A stretch of 64,000 nt of DNA, from positions 640,001 through 704,000 of the forward strand of contig CAVYRH010000004.1 of assembly GCA_963770835.1 (NCBI GenBank), in the 5' to 3' direction. A program made the position numbers and the translations under genes. The first letter of the stretch is position 1; the number at the start of each line of letters is the position of its first letter. The notes under the pieces were generated by a model that was not told the origin of the DNA, did no database searches, and saw nothing but the letters and a program-made list of their open reading frames with translations. Of the stretch, positions 54,508 to 64,000 are shown piece after piece. This stretch comes from an uncultured Pseudomonadota bacterium (GTDB taxonomy: Bacteria > Oederibacteriota > Muellerivitia > Muellerivitales > Muellerivitaceae).

Positions 54508-55728
54508 ATGAGAAGAGTGGCTGTTACAGGCTTGGGAGTCATCTCCCCACTTGGAGGGGACGTTGAAACGACCTGGAAAGCCATGGTGGAGGGAAAAATC
54601 GGGGTGGAAAAACTCCGACTCATCGATCCAACCCCTTACCGGGTGAAAGTCGGGGGGGAAATCAAGGATCGCAGCCGGATCGAGGTTTTTGAAAGAGAGC
54701 ATGCCGGCAAGTATGAACGGTCGGCTGTTCTCTCCATCCTGGCGACGCAAGAAGCACTGGCTAAGGGAGGTTTGGCGCCCGCCGACCTGGAAAGCCAACG
54801 GTTAGGCAGCTTTTTTGGAACCACCATGGGGGAAGTCCAACTAGCCGAACGATTGTCCGCCGGCCAGGTTCAAAGCCCACCCGCGAAAATCGATCCCGGT
54901 AGTTTCCACAAAGTCCAGGGATCCCACATCGCTTTCTCCGTTTTGGATTACTTGGGCCTCGCGGGTCAAACCATGGTTTTCTGCAACGCCTGTGCCTCAG
55001 GCAATTACGCCATCGGGTGGGGTTTCGATCAGATCCGGCAAGGCTATTTGGACGTCGCTATTTGCGGCGGGGTCGATGCCTTCTCACGAGTGGCCTTCAC
55101 GGGTTTTAACCGGCTGCTTTCCTTGACACCGGACAAATGTAAGCCTTTTTCCGCCAACCGAAAGGGGCTGGCAGTTAGCGAGGGCGTGGGTGTCCTTTTA
55201 TTGGAGGATTTTGAAAAGGCCGAGGCGCGGGGCGTCCATGTTTACTGCGAGATCGCCGGTTACGGCCTTGGAATGGACGCTTTCCACATGACTTCTCCCC
55301 ATCCAGAGGGCATGGGTGCCTTTGAAAGCATCCAACGGGCCATGGCCCAGGCCAATATCAATCCCCAGGAAGTGGATTTCATTTCCGCCCACGGCACGGG
55401 AACCCCCGCCAACGATAAAACCGAATCCATCGCCATCAAAAAAATTTTCGGCCCAGACTGCCGGATCCCTGTTGATTCTATTAAGTCCATGATCGGCCAT
55501 ACCATGGGAGCCGCCAGCGCCATTGAGGCGGCCATGACCTCTCTTACCCTCGACCGCGGAATCCTTCTGCCAACCATGAACTGGGAGGTCGCCGATGAAA
55601 ATTGCATCGCTGATTGCGTGCCGAACCAGTCCCGGCCGTTCAAAGGGCATTTGGCCCTGTCCAATTCATTTGCTTTCGGCGGAAACACGTCCTGCCTGGT
55701 AATGACCAAGAAGGAAGAAACCCCATGA
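54508..55728 (+). CDS. Beta-ketoacyl-ACP synthase (FabF-like KS)
   Basis: RRVAVTGLG, catalytic NACASG, AHGTGT..ND, GHTMGAA, NSFAFGGN. Confidence 0.94.
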   Translation: MRRVAVTGLGVISPLGGDVETTWKAMVEGKIGVEKLRLIDPTPYRVKVGGEIKDRSRIEVFEREHAGKYERSAVLSILATQEALAKGGLAPADLESQRLGSFFGTTMGEVQLAERLSAGQVQSPPAKIDPGSFHKVQGSHIAFSVLDYLGLAGQTMVFCNACASGNYAIGWGFDQIRQGYLDVAICGGVDAFSRVAFTGFNRLLSLTPDKCKPFSANRKGLAVSEGVGVLLLEDFEKAEARGVHVYCEIAGYGLGMDAFHMTSPHPEGMGAFESIQRAMAQANINPQEVDFISAHGTGTPANDKTESIAIKKIFGPDCRIPVDSIKSMIGHTMGAASAIEAAMTSLTLDRGILLPTMNWEVADENCIADCVPNQSRPFKGHLALSNSFAFGGNTSCLVMTKKEETP

Positions 55729-56624
55729 GGCCCCTATTCCTCCTGCGAAAGGGAGAAGCCCTTCTGGGCCGGGACGGATTGACCCTGGATGTGCTGTCGG
55801 CGGAATTCAAAAAAACCTTCCCGCAGGAAGACCCACGGTACATCGACAACGTTTCCAAACTAGCCGGGATCGCGGCGAGCCGGGCTTGGGAAGGTGGGGA
55901 CGAAGGGCTTAGCGGTGAATTCCGGAAGGATTTCGCAGTTATCGTGGGAAGCGCTTTTGGGGCTATCGACAGCACGGTGGATTTCGACGCTCTGGCCCTC
56001 CAAAAAGGCCCCAATGCGGTGAATCCCATGGATTTTCCCAATACGGTCGCGAACGCAGCGGGAAGCCGGATCGGGATATGGATGCAGCTCAAAGGGCCCA
56101 ACGTGACCCTGACCAATGGAAGCACATCGTTCCTGGACGCAATCGGGTTCGGGCTCCAAGGATACAACAACGGACTTTTCCAGTATTGTTTAGTGGGAGC
56201 TGTAGATAAAATGCCGACTTTTCTCAAGCCTTTGGCGATTCGGGATTCCAAACTTCCCGAATTCTTGGAAGGGTCCTGTTTTTTCCTAGCCTCGGGTTCG
56301 GCGGAAGGGGAGACCCTGGGCCAAGTCACCGACTATTTCACACTCCAATTGAAGGCCGACCTCAGTCTTCCGCCAGCTTTTCTCCATCATTTTGAGGAAC
56401 TCGGGGAAGGGGTAGAATGGCTAGGTTGTCCGGAGGGAACTCCGCTGGAATCCCATTTTCCTCAAAGAGTTATTCGTCACTTTCTGCCTTCGTCGTTCAT
56501 GGAATTGGGATTGGGGGGCATGCAGTCCTTGAATACTTTTCTTAAATCCTCTTCTTCCTGTGGGGTGATTGCTGCTTTTTCAAAACCAGAAAGAAAAATG
56601 TCTTTCGTTAAAATTAAAAAATAA
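55725..56624 (+). CDS. Truncated KS-like protein without catalytic Cys (chain-length-factor-like)
   Basis: GP.AVNPMDFPNTVANA, GPNVTLTNGSTS (no Cys); ATGA-coupled to the KS. Confidence 0.8.
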   Translation: MRPLFLLRKGEALLGRDGLTLDVLSAEFKKTFPQEDPRYIDNVSKLAGIAASRAWEGGDEGLSGEFRKDFAVIVGSAFGAIDSTVDFDALALQKGPNAVNPMDFPNTVANAAGSRIGIWMQLKGPNVTLTNGSTSFLDAIGFGLQGYNNGLFQYCLVGAVDKMPTFLKPLAIRDSKLPEFLEGSCFFLASGSAEGETLGQVTDYFTLQLKADLSLPPAFLHHFEELGEGVEWLGCPEGTPLESHFPQRVIRHFLPSSFMELGLGGMQSLNTFLKSSSSCGVIAAFSKPERKMSFVKIKK

Positions 56625-56640
56625 AAAGGAGTCTTTGAAA

Positions 56641-56886
56641 ATGGAAACCATCGAAATCAAATCAAAAATCAAGGAAATCATTGGAGAAATGTTCGAGGTC
56701 AAGCCGGTGGATATTCGAGATGACAATCCTTTCAACCAAATGGCCAATTACAATTCCATGCGAGCCTTGGAATTCTTAGCGAAACTGGAAACAGAATTCA
56801 ACATCCTCATTGACCCGGATATGTTACCGAAGATGGTGTCGGTGGGAAAATCTACTCAGGTCGTCGAGGAACTTCTACGTGGCTAG
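56641..56886 (+). CDS. Acyl carrier protein
   Basis: Acidic 81 aa; NYNSMRALEFLAKLETEFNI with Ser at the phosphopantetheine position; AAGGAG SD. Confidence 0.85.
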   Translation: METIEIKSKIKEIIGEMFEVKPVDIRDDNPFNQMANYNSMRALEFLAKLETEFNILIDPDMLPKMVSVGKSTQVVEELLRG

Positions 56887-57328
56887 TTCTTCTCCCGCGC
56901 CCGAAGTCCCGGTTTTAGACTTCTTAAAACAGCGGTTCCCCATCCTCATGGTGGATCGAGTCTTGTCCTATGAGAAGGGCCGGAAGATTCAGACCTTGAA
57001 AAACATTTCGGCAGATGAAATCCATTTCCAGGGGCATTTTCCAGGCTATCCTGTGTTTCCAGGAGTTTTAACCATCGAATGTTTTGCTCAAACGGCGGCT
57101 ATTTTAATCCGTATGATTGACGGAGAATCACCCGGCGTGTTCGACGTGATCGGCTCGGTGATGGATTTCCGGTTTCTTCGACCACTTTTTCCCGGGGACC
57201 GGCTGGAAGTCTGGATGGAAATCACCAAGGCCGCCGGGACCAACCGTATCATCGAAGGAAAAGGTTTTGTGGGTGAAGAGATGGTGGCCTCCGGTAAATT
57301 CACATTTGGAAAGTTGGCGTTGCCATGA
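56879..57328 (+). CDS. FabZ-like 3-hydroxyacyl-ACP dehydratase
   Basis: QRFPILMVDRV, FQGHFPGYPVFPGVL.IE..AQ. Confidence 0.9.
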   Translation: MASSSPAPEVPVLDFLKQRFPILMVDRVLSYEKGRKIQTLKNISADEIHFQGHFPGYPVFPGVLTIECFAQTAAILIRMIDGESPGVFDVIGSVMDFRFLRPLFPGDRLEVWMEITKAAGTNRIIEGKGFVGEEMVASGKFTFGKLALP

Positions 57329-58044
57329 AAAAAGTCGTCGTCTCCGGGGGCTCTTCTGGAATCGGCAAAAGTCTGGTGACAATCTTCGCGGAGGCCGGGT
57401 GGAAGGTCCATTTTACCTTCCATTCCAACGAATCCGCGGCGCGGGAGATCGAAAAGAGTTTTGAGGGAAAGGCTAAGGCCCACCAGCTGGACGTCGGCGA
57501 TCGGGAGGCTTGCGACGTATTCTGCAAGGAAGTTCTGGGCGAGGAAAAAAGCATCGACGTTCTTATAAATAATGCCGGCATTACCAGGGACAAGCCGCTG
57601 TTTTCCATGCAAGATTCAGACTGGTCCGACGTGCTCCAAACGAATCTTTCGGGGGTTTTCCATCTCACCCGGCGGTTCGCCCTGGATATGTTGAAAAAGA
57701 AGAAAGGGCGCATTATCAATATCTCCTCCATCTCCGGTATCCATGGACTCCCGGGTCAAACCAATTACTCCGCCTCCAAAGCCGGAATCATTGGTTTTAC
57801 CAAAGCCCTCGCTAAGGAAACGGGGCCCTTCGGCGTAACAGCCAACGTTGTTGCGCCTGGCGGGGTTATGACGCCCATGATTGAGATACTGGCACCGCAA
57901 GCCAGGGAAGTCCTCCTGCGAACCGTTCCCGTGCACCGCTTTTGCGAACCTCGCGAAGTGGCTCAGGTTGTTTTTTTTCTAGCTGAGGGGGCCCCGGATT
58001 ATTTAAACGGAAGTGTTATTGTCCTCGACGGTGGGGCAGGTTGA
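57325..58044 (+). CDS. FabG-like 3-oxoacyl-ACP reductase
   Basis: SGGSSGIG, NNAGITRD, GQTNYSASKAG. Confidence 0.93.
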   Translation: MKKVVVSGGSSGIGKSLVTIFAEAGWKVHFTFHSNESAAREIEKSFEGKAKAHQLDVGDREACDVFCKEVLGEEKSIDVLINNAGITRDKPLFSMQDSDWSDVLQTNLSGVFHLTRRFALDMLKKKKGRIINISSISGIHGLPGQTNYSASKAGIIGFTKALAKETGPFGVTANVVAPGGVMTPMIEILAPQAREVLLRTVPVHRFCEPREVAQVVFFLAEGAPDYLNGSVIVLDGGAG

Positions 58045-58859
58045 GGATGGGAAAAAACAGAAAGACTTGGCCATGGAAAGCGGGAGAAGGATTTGGACGG
58101 TTGGAACCGGATGAAATCCACATCCACCTTCTTCGAGCCGGATGCGGGAATTCGCGGTCTTTAGTTAAGGCCCTCCTTTCTTTTTTGCCGGCCGCGGAAC
58201 GATGGCGTTACGCGCAGTTTGACTTTGAAGACCAACGGCGGCAGTTTTTGTGGTCCCGGTTATTGGCGCGCCTTGTTTTGTCTTCTTCTTTGGACAAGGA
58301 TATGCGGGATATAACCTTTAGCCATTTGGACAACGGGAAGCCCTTCCTGGAAGATTCGGAAGTCCAATTCAACCTTTCCCATACGGAAGGTCTTATCGCC
58401 TGTTCCGTGGCCCGGCGGAGATTGGGGATCGACGTCGAAAAGATGGCAGGAGGGGAGAAAGAAGAAAAGCGTTGGAACCTTTTGGCCGAACGTTATTTTT
58501 CAGAGGCCGAAAGGGAATTCCTCTTTTCGCGGGATCAAGCTTCGCAATCAGACGCTTTTTTCCGGATTTTTACAATGAAGGAGGCCAGGGTCAAGGCAAG
58601 TGGGGAGGGTTTATCCCTTCTCCGCGCGGATCTTTCAGTCCCTTTACCAACACGGGAAAAATCGGCTGTTGACTCTTGGGAATACCTCACGAAACGCCTA
58701 GAACCGGGCGACATCTTTTTGGCCCATGCCGTGGAAAACCCGAACCTGACGCCGTTGGACTATCGGTTTTGGGAATGGGACGAAGTTTCCCTGGGAAACT
58801 TTTTAAACAATCGAATTTCGGGTCCATTTGAAGGAATTCATGGCAATCTCTACAGGTAA
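58041..58859 (+). CDS. 4'-phosphopantetheinyl transferase (Sfp type)
   Basis: NGKPFL, FNLSHT, LGIDVE, F...FTMKEA..KA.G.GL. Confidence 0.9.
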   Translation: MRMGKNRKTWPWKAGEGFGRLEPDEIHIHLLRAGCGNSRSLVKALLSFLPAAERWRYAQFDFEDQRRQFLWSRLLARLVLSSSLDKDMRDITFSHLDNGKPFLEDSEVQFNLSHTEGLIACSVARRRLGIDVEKMAGGEKEEKRWNLLAERYFSEAEREFLFSRDQASQSDAFFRIFTMKEARVKASGEGLSLLRADLSVPLPTREKSAVDSWEYLTKRLEPGDIFLAHAVENPNLTPLDYRFWEWDEVSLGNFLNNRISGPFEGIHGNLYR

Positions 58860-60255
58860 AGATACTTTTATCCTCTGTCGTAACAGCCAAGGCACGGAGT
58901 TCCGCGCCACGCTTCTTCGATTGACGCGGTACACGGTAGTTTTCGAGGTTTACAACCCCTACAGCATTCTCCAGCTGTCCGAGGTTTTAACCGACTTCCG
59001 CATGATTATGAACGACCGCATGGTTTATTCCGGACGGGCTGTCGTCAGTAACCTCGTTAACACCGGTATATTATTGGTTTGCGAATGCACTTTGGAGGAC
59101 AGCTGGCTGGACGTAGATTTATTTACTTCCATCCACCAAAAAGACAAACTTAAGAACGAATTCGTAGAATTTTTAAAGGAATGGGATAAGATCCATTTCG
59201 TGACCGACAAGTTCAAGGTGGTTACGGCGGATATGCAAACCTTCCTCATGGACATGCGGCGCTGGCTGGAACAAGTGGAACTCAGTATCCGATCCGAACC
59301 CTCGGGCGACCGGAATGAAATCGAACGAGACGCCATTCAGGAATTGAAAAATCCCGTTACGCCGGCTGTGAGTTCCTTGTTCGAGCGGTTCGAGGAAATA
59401 TCCATCCATGTGCCAGACGATTTGCAATCAATCCATCGCAACTACAGCCGGCGGCAGATACATCCCATTATTCTTTGTTCGCCATTCGTTTACCGTAGTT
59501 TCCAAAAGCCATTGGGATACGCCGGGGATTATGAAATGGTGAACATGATGCTGGGGGACCCATTGCAGGGAGGCTCCCTCTTCGCCAAGATTGTCAATTT
59601 TTGGTTTGTCAACGCCCCGCCTTGCGAGGCTCACCGTAACCGCATTAAGCACTTGGTAGGAAGGCTGGTGGAGGAAACCGAAAGAGTGGCCAGGGATAAA
59701 AAAATTGCCCGCGTTTTAGACATGGCCTGTGGGCCAGCCCGGGAAGTTCAGGAATTCCTGACCCACGAGGAGATTTGCAACAAAGCCCAATTTGAATTAT
59801 TGGATTTCAACGATGAAACGCTGGAATTCACCGGAAAGACGCTGGAAGATTTAAAAAAACGACACCACCGGATTACTCCGATCTTCATGAACAAAAAATC
59901 AGTTAATCACATCCTCAAGGAAACATTTAAGCCATCGAACCCCTTGCCGGAAGACGCTTATGATTTTATTTACTGTGCTGGCCTGTTTGACTACTTGGAA
60001 GACCGTATTTGCAAGAAACTCATGGATTATTTTTACGAGCGTTTGGCGCCGGGAGGGCTTTTGCTGGCCACCAACGTGACCCCTTCCAACCCTTTCAAGA
60101 ATGTCATGGAAAGCTTCATGGAATGGCATTTGATCTACCGGAATGAACAGCAGATGACAGTTATTCAGCCCCAAGCTGCGCCGGAGGAGGCCTGTACAAT
60201 TCGGACCGAAGTCACAGGCATTAATGTTTTTCTTGAGGTGCGGAAACCCAAATGA
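58840..60255 (+). CDS. PhcB-like SAM-dependent methyltransferase (fatty-acid methyl ester signal synthase family)
   Basis: N-terminal RNSQG...FEVYNPYSILQLSEVL...AVV..L.NTG recalls Ralstonia PhcB; KPLGYAGDYEMVN; SAM motif LDMACGPARE; YCAGLFDYL. Confidence 0.8.
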   Translation: MAISTGKDTFILCRNSQGTEFRATLLRLTRYTVVFEVYNPYSILQLSEVLTDFRMIMNDRMVYSGRAVVSNLVNTGILLVCECTLEDSWLDVDLFTSIHQKDKLKNEFVEFLKEWDKIHFVTDKFKVVTADMQTFLMDMRRWLEQVELSIRSEPSGDRNEIERDAIQELKNPVTPAVSSLFERFEEISIHVPDDLQSIHRNYSRRQIHPIILCSPFVYRSFQKPLGYAGDYEMVNMMLGDPLQGGSLFAKIVNFWFVNAPPCEAHRNRIKHLVGRLVEETERVARDKKIARVLDMACGPAREVQEFLTHEEICNKAQFELLDFNDETLEFTGKTLEDLKKRHHRITPIFMNKKSVNHILKETFKPSNPLPEDAYDFIYCAGLFDYLEDRICKKLMDYFYERLAPGGLLLATNVTPSNPFKNVMESFMEWHLIYRNEQQMTVIQPQAAPEEACTIRTEVTGINVFLEVRKPK

Positions 60256-62924
60256 GCCTAGATCTTTTAAAGAGTCAACTCGACATTAAAACGGCCTTCC
60301 AGAAATACGATAAAGAGCAAAAATTGCGTCTTTACAAGCTGGCCTGTTGGTTCACGGCCTTCGGAATGCCAGGGGGGATGTCCCTGGACATGAATATTTA
60401 TCCCGCTGACGTCCCCCACTTTTTAAAACTTCGCCTTCTTTCTTCAGTGTTGGCGCTTATTCTCCTGGGATTTTTTTATACTTCACTGGGATTGAGGTAT
60501 TACCGGATTCTTTGTTTTATCCTTCCCCTGATCCCCCAGGGTTTTATCAGCTGGATGATTTACACCACAGAAGGGTCGGTTTCACCTTATTACGCGGGTT
60601 TAAGCCTGATACTTCTGGCTTTTTGCCTGTTGTTACCCTGGAGTTTCCAAGAGACCCTTTTCTTGTCCCTTGCCACAATCGGTTTTTACCTGGCCGCCTG
60701 CTTGGCTCATGGAAACATCTCTTTCCACGGTATCTTTTTCAGCAACCTATATTTCCTGAGCATGACCGCCCTTTTCGCCACTATTGGCAGTTATTTCACC
60801 AGCCGCCTACGCGTGCGGGAATTCATCGCGCGATTTGAATTGGATCAGAATAAAAGAATGCTCGAAGAGTCAAATCGTAAATTGGTAGAACTGGACAAAA
60901 TGAAAAGCCGGTTTTTCGCCAACATCAGCCATGAACTTCGTACTCCCCTCACCCTCCTCATTGCCCCCTTGGAAACGCTCCAAAGGGAAAAAGGCCATTT
61001 GTTCGACGAGGAAACAAGAAACACTTTCAAAATCATGCAGGACAATGCTATGCGGTTATTGAAGCTCATCAACGACCTTTTGGACTTGGTGAAACTGGAG
61101 TCAGGACGCATGGAGGTGCGGAAGGAACCATTAAAGGTGAGAGAATTCATCAAGGGGCTGACCCTAGCCGTGCAAGGCGCGGCGAAGGACAAGAAAGTCT
61201 TGCTTTCCACCCACGTGGACGAAAAGTTGGAGACCATCTTGGCCGATCGGGACAAGTTGGAGAAGATCATTTTGAACCTGCTTTTTAATTCCGTGAAATT
61301 CACTCCGTCAGGGGGAAGAATAGATATTTCGGCTAAAGGGGAGAATGGGTGGTTTTTCCTTCAGGTGAAGGATACGGGTATGGGCATTTCCGAGGAAAAC
61401 CTGCCCCACATTTTCGACCGATTCTGGCAGGCGGACTCTTCCGCCCAGCGCAAATACCAGGGAACGGGTATCGGTCTTTCCTTGGTCCGGGAACTGGTCG
61501 AAGTCCAGGGCGGGACGGTGATGGTCGAAAGCCAGTTGGGGAAGGGCACGACGATGACCGTGAAAATCCCGCTGGAGAGGGTTCTAGAAGTCCCTCGGGA
61601 GAAGGTGGATTCGACCGGCTCACCGGTGGTTGAAGAACCCGCCAAGGCGCAGGTGGCCGAATGGCTGGAAAAACTCTACCGGAGGGCCGAGCTTTTCCCG
61701 GCCATGACGCCAGTGGCCGCCACGTTGCACCAAGATCAGTTTGGAAGAGGCAAAAAACCAAAGGTTCTTGTTGCGGATGACGAGCCGGACATGCTGAAGT
61801 TCTTAAAGTCCCAATTGGAGAAATACTACGAGGTTGTGGAAGCCGTCGATGGAAACCAAGCGGTTGAAAAAGCCAAACAATTTCTCCCGGACCTCGTTTT
61901 ACTCGACATGATGATGCCAGGTAAGGACGGCATCCAGGCCTGCCGGGAATTGAAGGAACAGGTTTCCACAAAATCCATACCCGTCATTCTTTTGACGGCC
62001 CGGGCCGATGAGGATACCAAGTTTTCCGCCCTCGATGCAGGGGCAAGCGATTTCTTGACAAAACCCTTTTCCACCACCGAATTGCATGTCCGGATTAAAA
62101 ACTTGATGGAGTCCCACCAATTTCAACGGGATTTGGCCCGTCAAAAAAGTGCACTAGAATCGACACTCGAGCAGTTGAAGGAAACGGAAGGACAACTGGT
62201 TCAAAACGAAAAGATGGCTTCCCTTGGGCGGCTCAGTGCGGGTATCATCCACGAAATCAACAATCCCCTGAATTATGCGGCCCAGGCCCTCTATCTGCTC
62301 AAAACTAAAAAAGACCGTATACCGGAAGAGGACCGGGCCAAATACGTTGAAATCGTTTCGGATATCGAAGAGGGAGTGGGAAGGGTCCAACGGATCGTTT
62401 CCGACCTTCGAACATTCAGCCACCCGCACATGGGCGGGGGGACGGATCTCATCGAGTTGGAAGAGGTTGTTTCCACGGCCCTGCGTCTCTTGGGGCATGA
62501 GTTGAACGACGGAATTCAATTGGAAGTGAACGTGCCGAAAGAGGAACAGGTTCAAGCGGACCGGAACAAACTGATCCATGTTCTCGTGAACCTCCTCCAA
62601 AACTCGATGGATGCACTCAAAGAAAAAAAATTCGAGGACGGGGAAAAGCCCCTTTTGTCCATCCGAAGCCAAGCGGACGAAAGCAAGGTATGGGTGAGCA
62701 TCCAGGACAACGGCACTGGCATCGACCCGGAGAACATGAACAAGATTTTCGATCCCTTCTTTACCACCAAGGACGTGGGGCAAGGAATGGGGTTGGGCTT
62801 GAGCATCTGCTACCGAATCATGAACGAGCAAGGCGGCAACATCTCGGTCAAGAGTGAAAAAGGTAAATTCACCGAATTTACCTTGGAATTGCCGGTGAAG
62901 GATCCGCCACAAAAGCGTTTTTAA
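60252..62924 (+). CDS. Membrane hybrid histidine kinase (TMs-HK-REC-HK), PhcS-like
   Basis: About 6 TMs; SHELRTPLT with a full HATPase; receiver ADDE...LLDMMMP; second H-box IHEINNPLN with a HATPase. Confidence 0.88.
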   Translation: MSLDLLKSQLDIKTAFQKYDKEQKLRLYKLACWFTAFGMPGGMSLDMNIYPADVPHFLKLRLLSSVLALILLGFFYTSLGLRYYRILCFILPLIPQGFISWMIYTTEGSVSPYYAGLSLILLAFCLLLPWSFQETLFLSLATIGFYLAACLAHGNISFHGIFFSNLYFLSMTALFATIGSYFTSRLRVREFIARFELDQNKRMLEESNRKLVELDKMKSRFFANISHELRTPLTLLIAPLETLQREKGHLFDEETRNTFKIMQDNAMRLLKLINDLLDLVKLESGRMEVRKEPLKVREFIKGLTLAVQGAAKDKKVLLSTHVDEKLETILADRDKLEKIILNLLFNSVKFTPSGGRIDISAKGENGWFFLQVKDTGMGISEENLPHIFDRFWQADSSAQRKYQGTGIGLSLVRELVEVQGGTVMVESQLGKGTTMTVKIPLERVLEVPREKVDSTGSPVVEEPAKAQVAEWLEKLYRRAELFPAMTPVAATLHQDQFGRGKKPKVLVADDEPDMLKFLKSQLEKYYEVVEAVDGNQAVEKAKQFLPDLVLLDMMMPGKDGIQACRELKEQVSTKSIPVILLTARADEDTKFSALDAGASDFLTKPFSTTELHVRIKNLMESHQFQRDLARQKSALESTLEQLKETEGQLVQNEKMASLGRLSAGIIHEINNPLNYAAQALYLLKTKKDRIPEEDRAKYVEIVSDIEEGVGRVQRIVSDLRTFSHPHMGGGTDLIELEEVVSTALRLLGHELNDGIQLEVNVPKEEQVQADRNKLIHVLVNLLQNSMDALKEKKFEDGEKPLLSIRSQADESKVWVSIQDNGTGIDPENMNKIFDPFFTTKDVGQGMGLGLSICYRIMNEQGGNISVKSEKGKFTEFTLELPVKDPPQKRF

Positions 62925-62934
62925 GGAGACTGTC

Positions 62935-64000
62935 ATGGAATCTTTTTATGACTATAAAAAGTTTTATATCCTTTACGTGGATGACGAGGAAAAATCCCTT
63001 AAGTATTTCCGGGAGACCTTCGGGGAAAAATTCGCTATTTTAACGGCTTCCAACGCGGAGGAAGGGTTCCGGATTTTAAAGGAACATCAAGACAGGACTG
63101 CCGTTTTGCTCACAGACCAGCGCATGCCAGGAGAGAAGGGAATCCAACTCTTAGAAAAGGCAAGGCAATTGAAACCCCGGATCCTCAGGATTTTGGTAAC
63201 CGCTTATTCGGACCTGGACACCGCCATCGACTCCGTCAATACGGGTGCCATTTACAAATACGTGACCAAACCTTGGGACGTGCCCCAGTTGGAAGTTACC
63301 TTAAAAAGGGCCGTGGAGTTTTTTATTGTTCAATCCGAGAGGGACCATCTGCTGATGGAAAAAATGTCCGTTCTTTATAATGTCATGCTAACCGACCGTA
63401 TCTTGAGCTTGGGAATCTTGGCAATGGGCCTAAGCCACCATATCCGTAATTCCATGGTAGCGGTCAAAACTTTCCTCGACTTGACGCCTAAAAAAATGGA
63501 AGAAGAAAATCTTAATTTGGAGCAGCTCCGGAATCCTGATTTCTGGAAGGATTACTACCAAAAGGTTCAGGCCCAGATGGATAAGGTAGTTAACCTCTTG
63601 AGCGATTTATGGGGATCCTCAGAAAAACCTATGGTTGATCTTTCCGATAAGGTCCAATTGCGTCAAGTCGTTGAGGAAGCTCTCGGACAAGTGAGAGAGG
63701 ATTTGGAAAAAAAGGGAATTACCGCGGAAAATCTCATACCAGCGGCCCTTCCCGAATTAAAGGTCGAGCGAAAGAAATTCCAACGTTTATTCGAGATGTT
63801 GTTAAGGGATGAAGCGGCCACTCTTTCCAAGGGCGGAAAATTGAAGTTTACTGCGGCCACCATTGGGCCCAAGGAAGGGCCTGCCGAAATCCAAGTGGAA
63901 TTGGAGGACAATGGGCCTGAATTGCAACAAGACGCCTTGCGAGCCCTTTTTGACCCGTTTTTTACGCGGAGCGGAAGCCCTCAGGAATTCGGTATTTATT
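62935..64000 (+). CDS. Receiver plus histidine-kinase-like protein, PhcQ/PhcR-like (3' truncated by window edge; absent from the ORF track)
   Basis: AAGGAG SD; MESFYDYKKFYILYVDDEEKSLKYF...LTDQRMPGEKG...KPWD...LSHHIRNS; frame open to the window end. Confidence 0.85.
   Translation, partial: MESFYDYKKFYILYVDDEEKSLKYFRETFGEKFAILTASNAEEGFRILKEHQDRTAVLLTDQRMPGEKGIQLLEKARQLKPRILRILVTAYSDLDTAIDSVNTGAIYKYVTKPWDVPQLEVTLKRAVEFFIVQSERDHLLMEKMSVLYNVMLTDRILSLGILAMGLSHHIRNSMVAVKTFLDLTPKKMEEENLNLEQLRNPDFWKDYYQKVQAQMDKVVNLLSDLWGSSEKPMVDLSDKVQLRQVVEEALGQVREDLEKKGITAENLIPAALPELKVERKKFQRLFEMLLRDEAATLSKGGKLKFTAATIGPKEGPAEIQVELEDNGPELQQDALRALFDPFFTRSGSPQEFGIY

Noticed and set aside
54508..58859. Primary fatty acid synthesis operon or canonical aryl polyene cluster
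   Set aside because: No fabD, fabH or plsX, and no aryl-loading ligase, glycosyltransferase or exporter; the CLF-like subunit and PhcB linkage point to a specialised product.

Overview
Bacterial chromosomal window from a GC-rich diderm (outer-membrane barrels and a GT9 gene are present). No rRNA, tRNA or CRISPR array was seen. Five blocks stand out. (1) 1-8.7 kb: ABC-2 permease, a two-component pair, an intact IS1595-family element inserted in the centre of a long palindrome inside a palindrome-rich intergenic region, MarR, YceI and a GGDEF protein. (2) 8.7-14.4 kb: monohaem cytochrome c, a Cyc2-like fused cytochrome-porin, a Rieske protein and a cytochrome b fused to two c-haems, plus a divergent free paralogue of the dihaem domain. 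(3) About 12.9-53.7 kb: a redox/respiration/stress region (erythrins, two RIC-like di-iron proteins, radical SAM enzymes, A1 haem-copper oxidase, PPK2/CHAD). It carries 15 intergenic copies of ATGAC-N4-GTCAT, mostly 21-23 nt before a -10-like hexamer, and a local Crp/Fnr regulator with tandem boxes in its own promoter. (4) 26.3-35.7 kb: a surface cassette (small secreted peptide, FecR-domain protein, beta-barrel, 2301-aa lipoprotein with 8 long repeats). (5) 53.8-64 kb: after a pirin remnant, an apparently more AT-rich operon with a dedicated type II FAS/PKS set (KS, CLF-like, ACP, DH, KR, PPTase) coupled to a PhcB-like methyltransferase and PhcS/PhcQ-like kinases, a candidate bespoke fatty-acid-methyl-ester quorum-sensing system. 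All family calls come from motif recognition by eye; no database searches were run.
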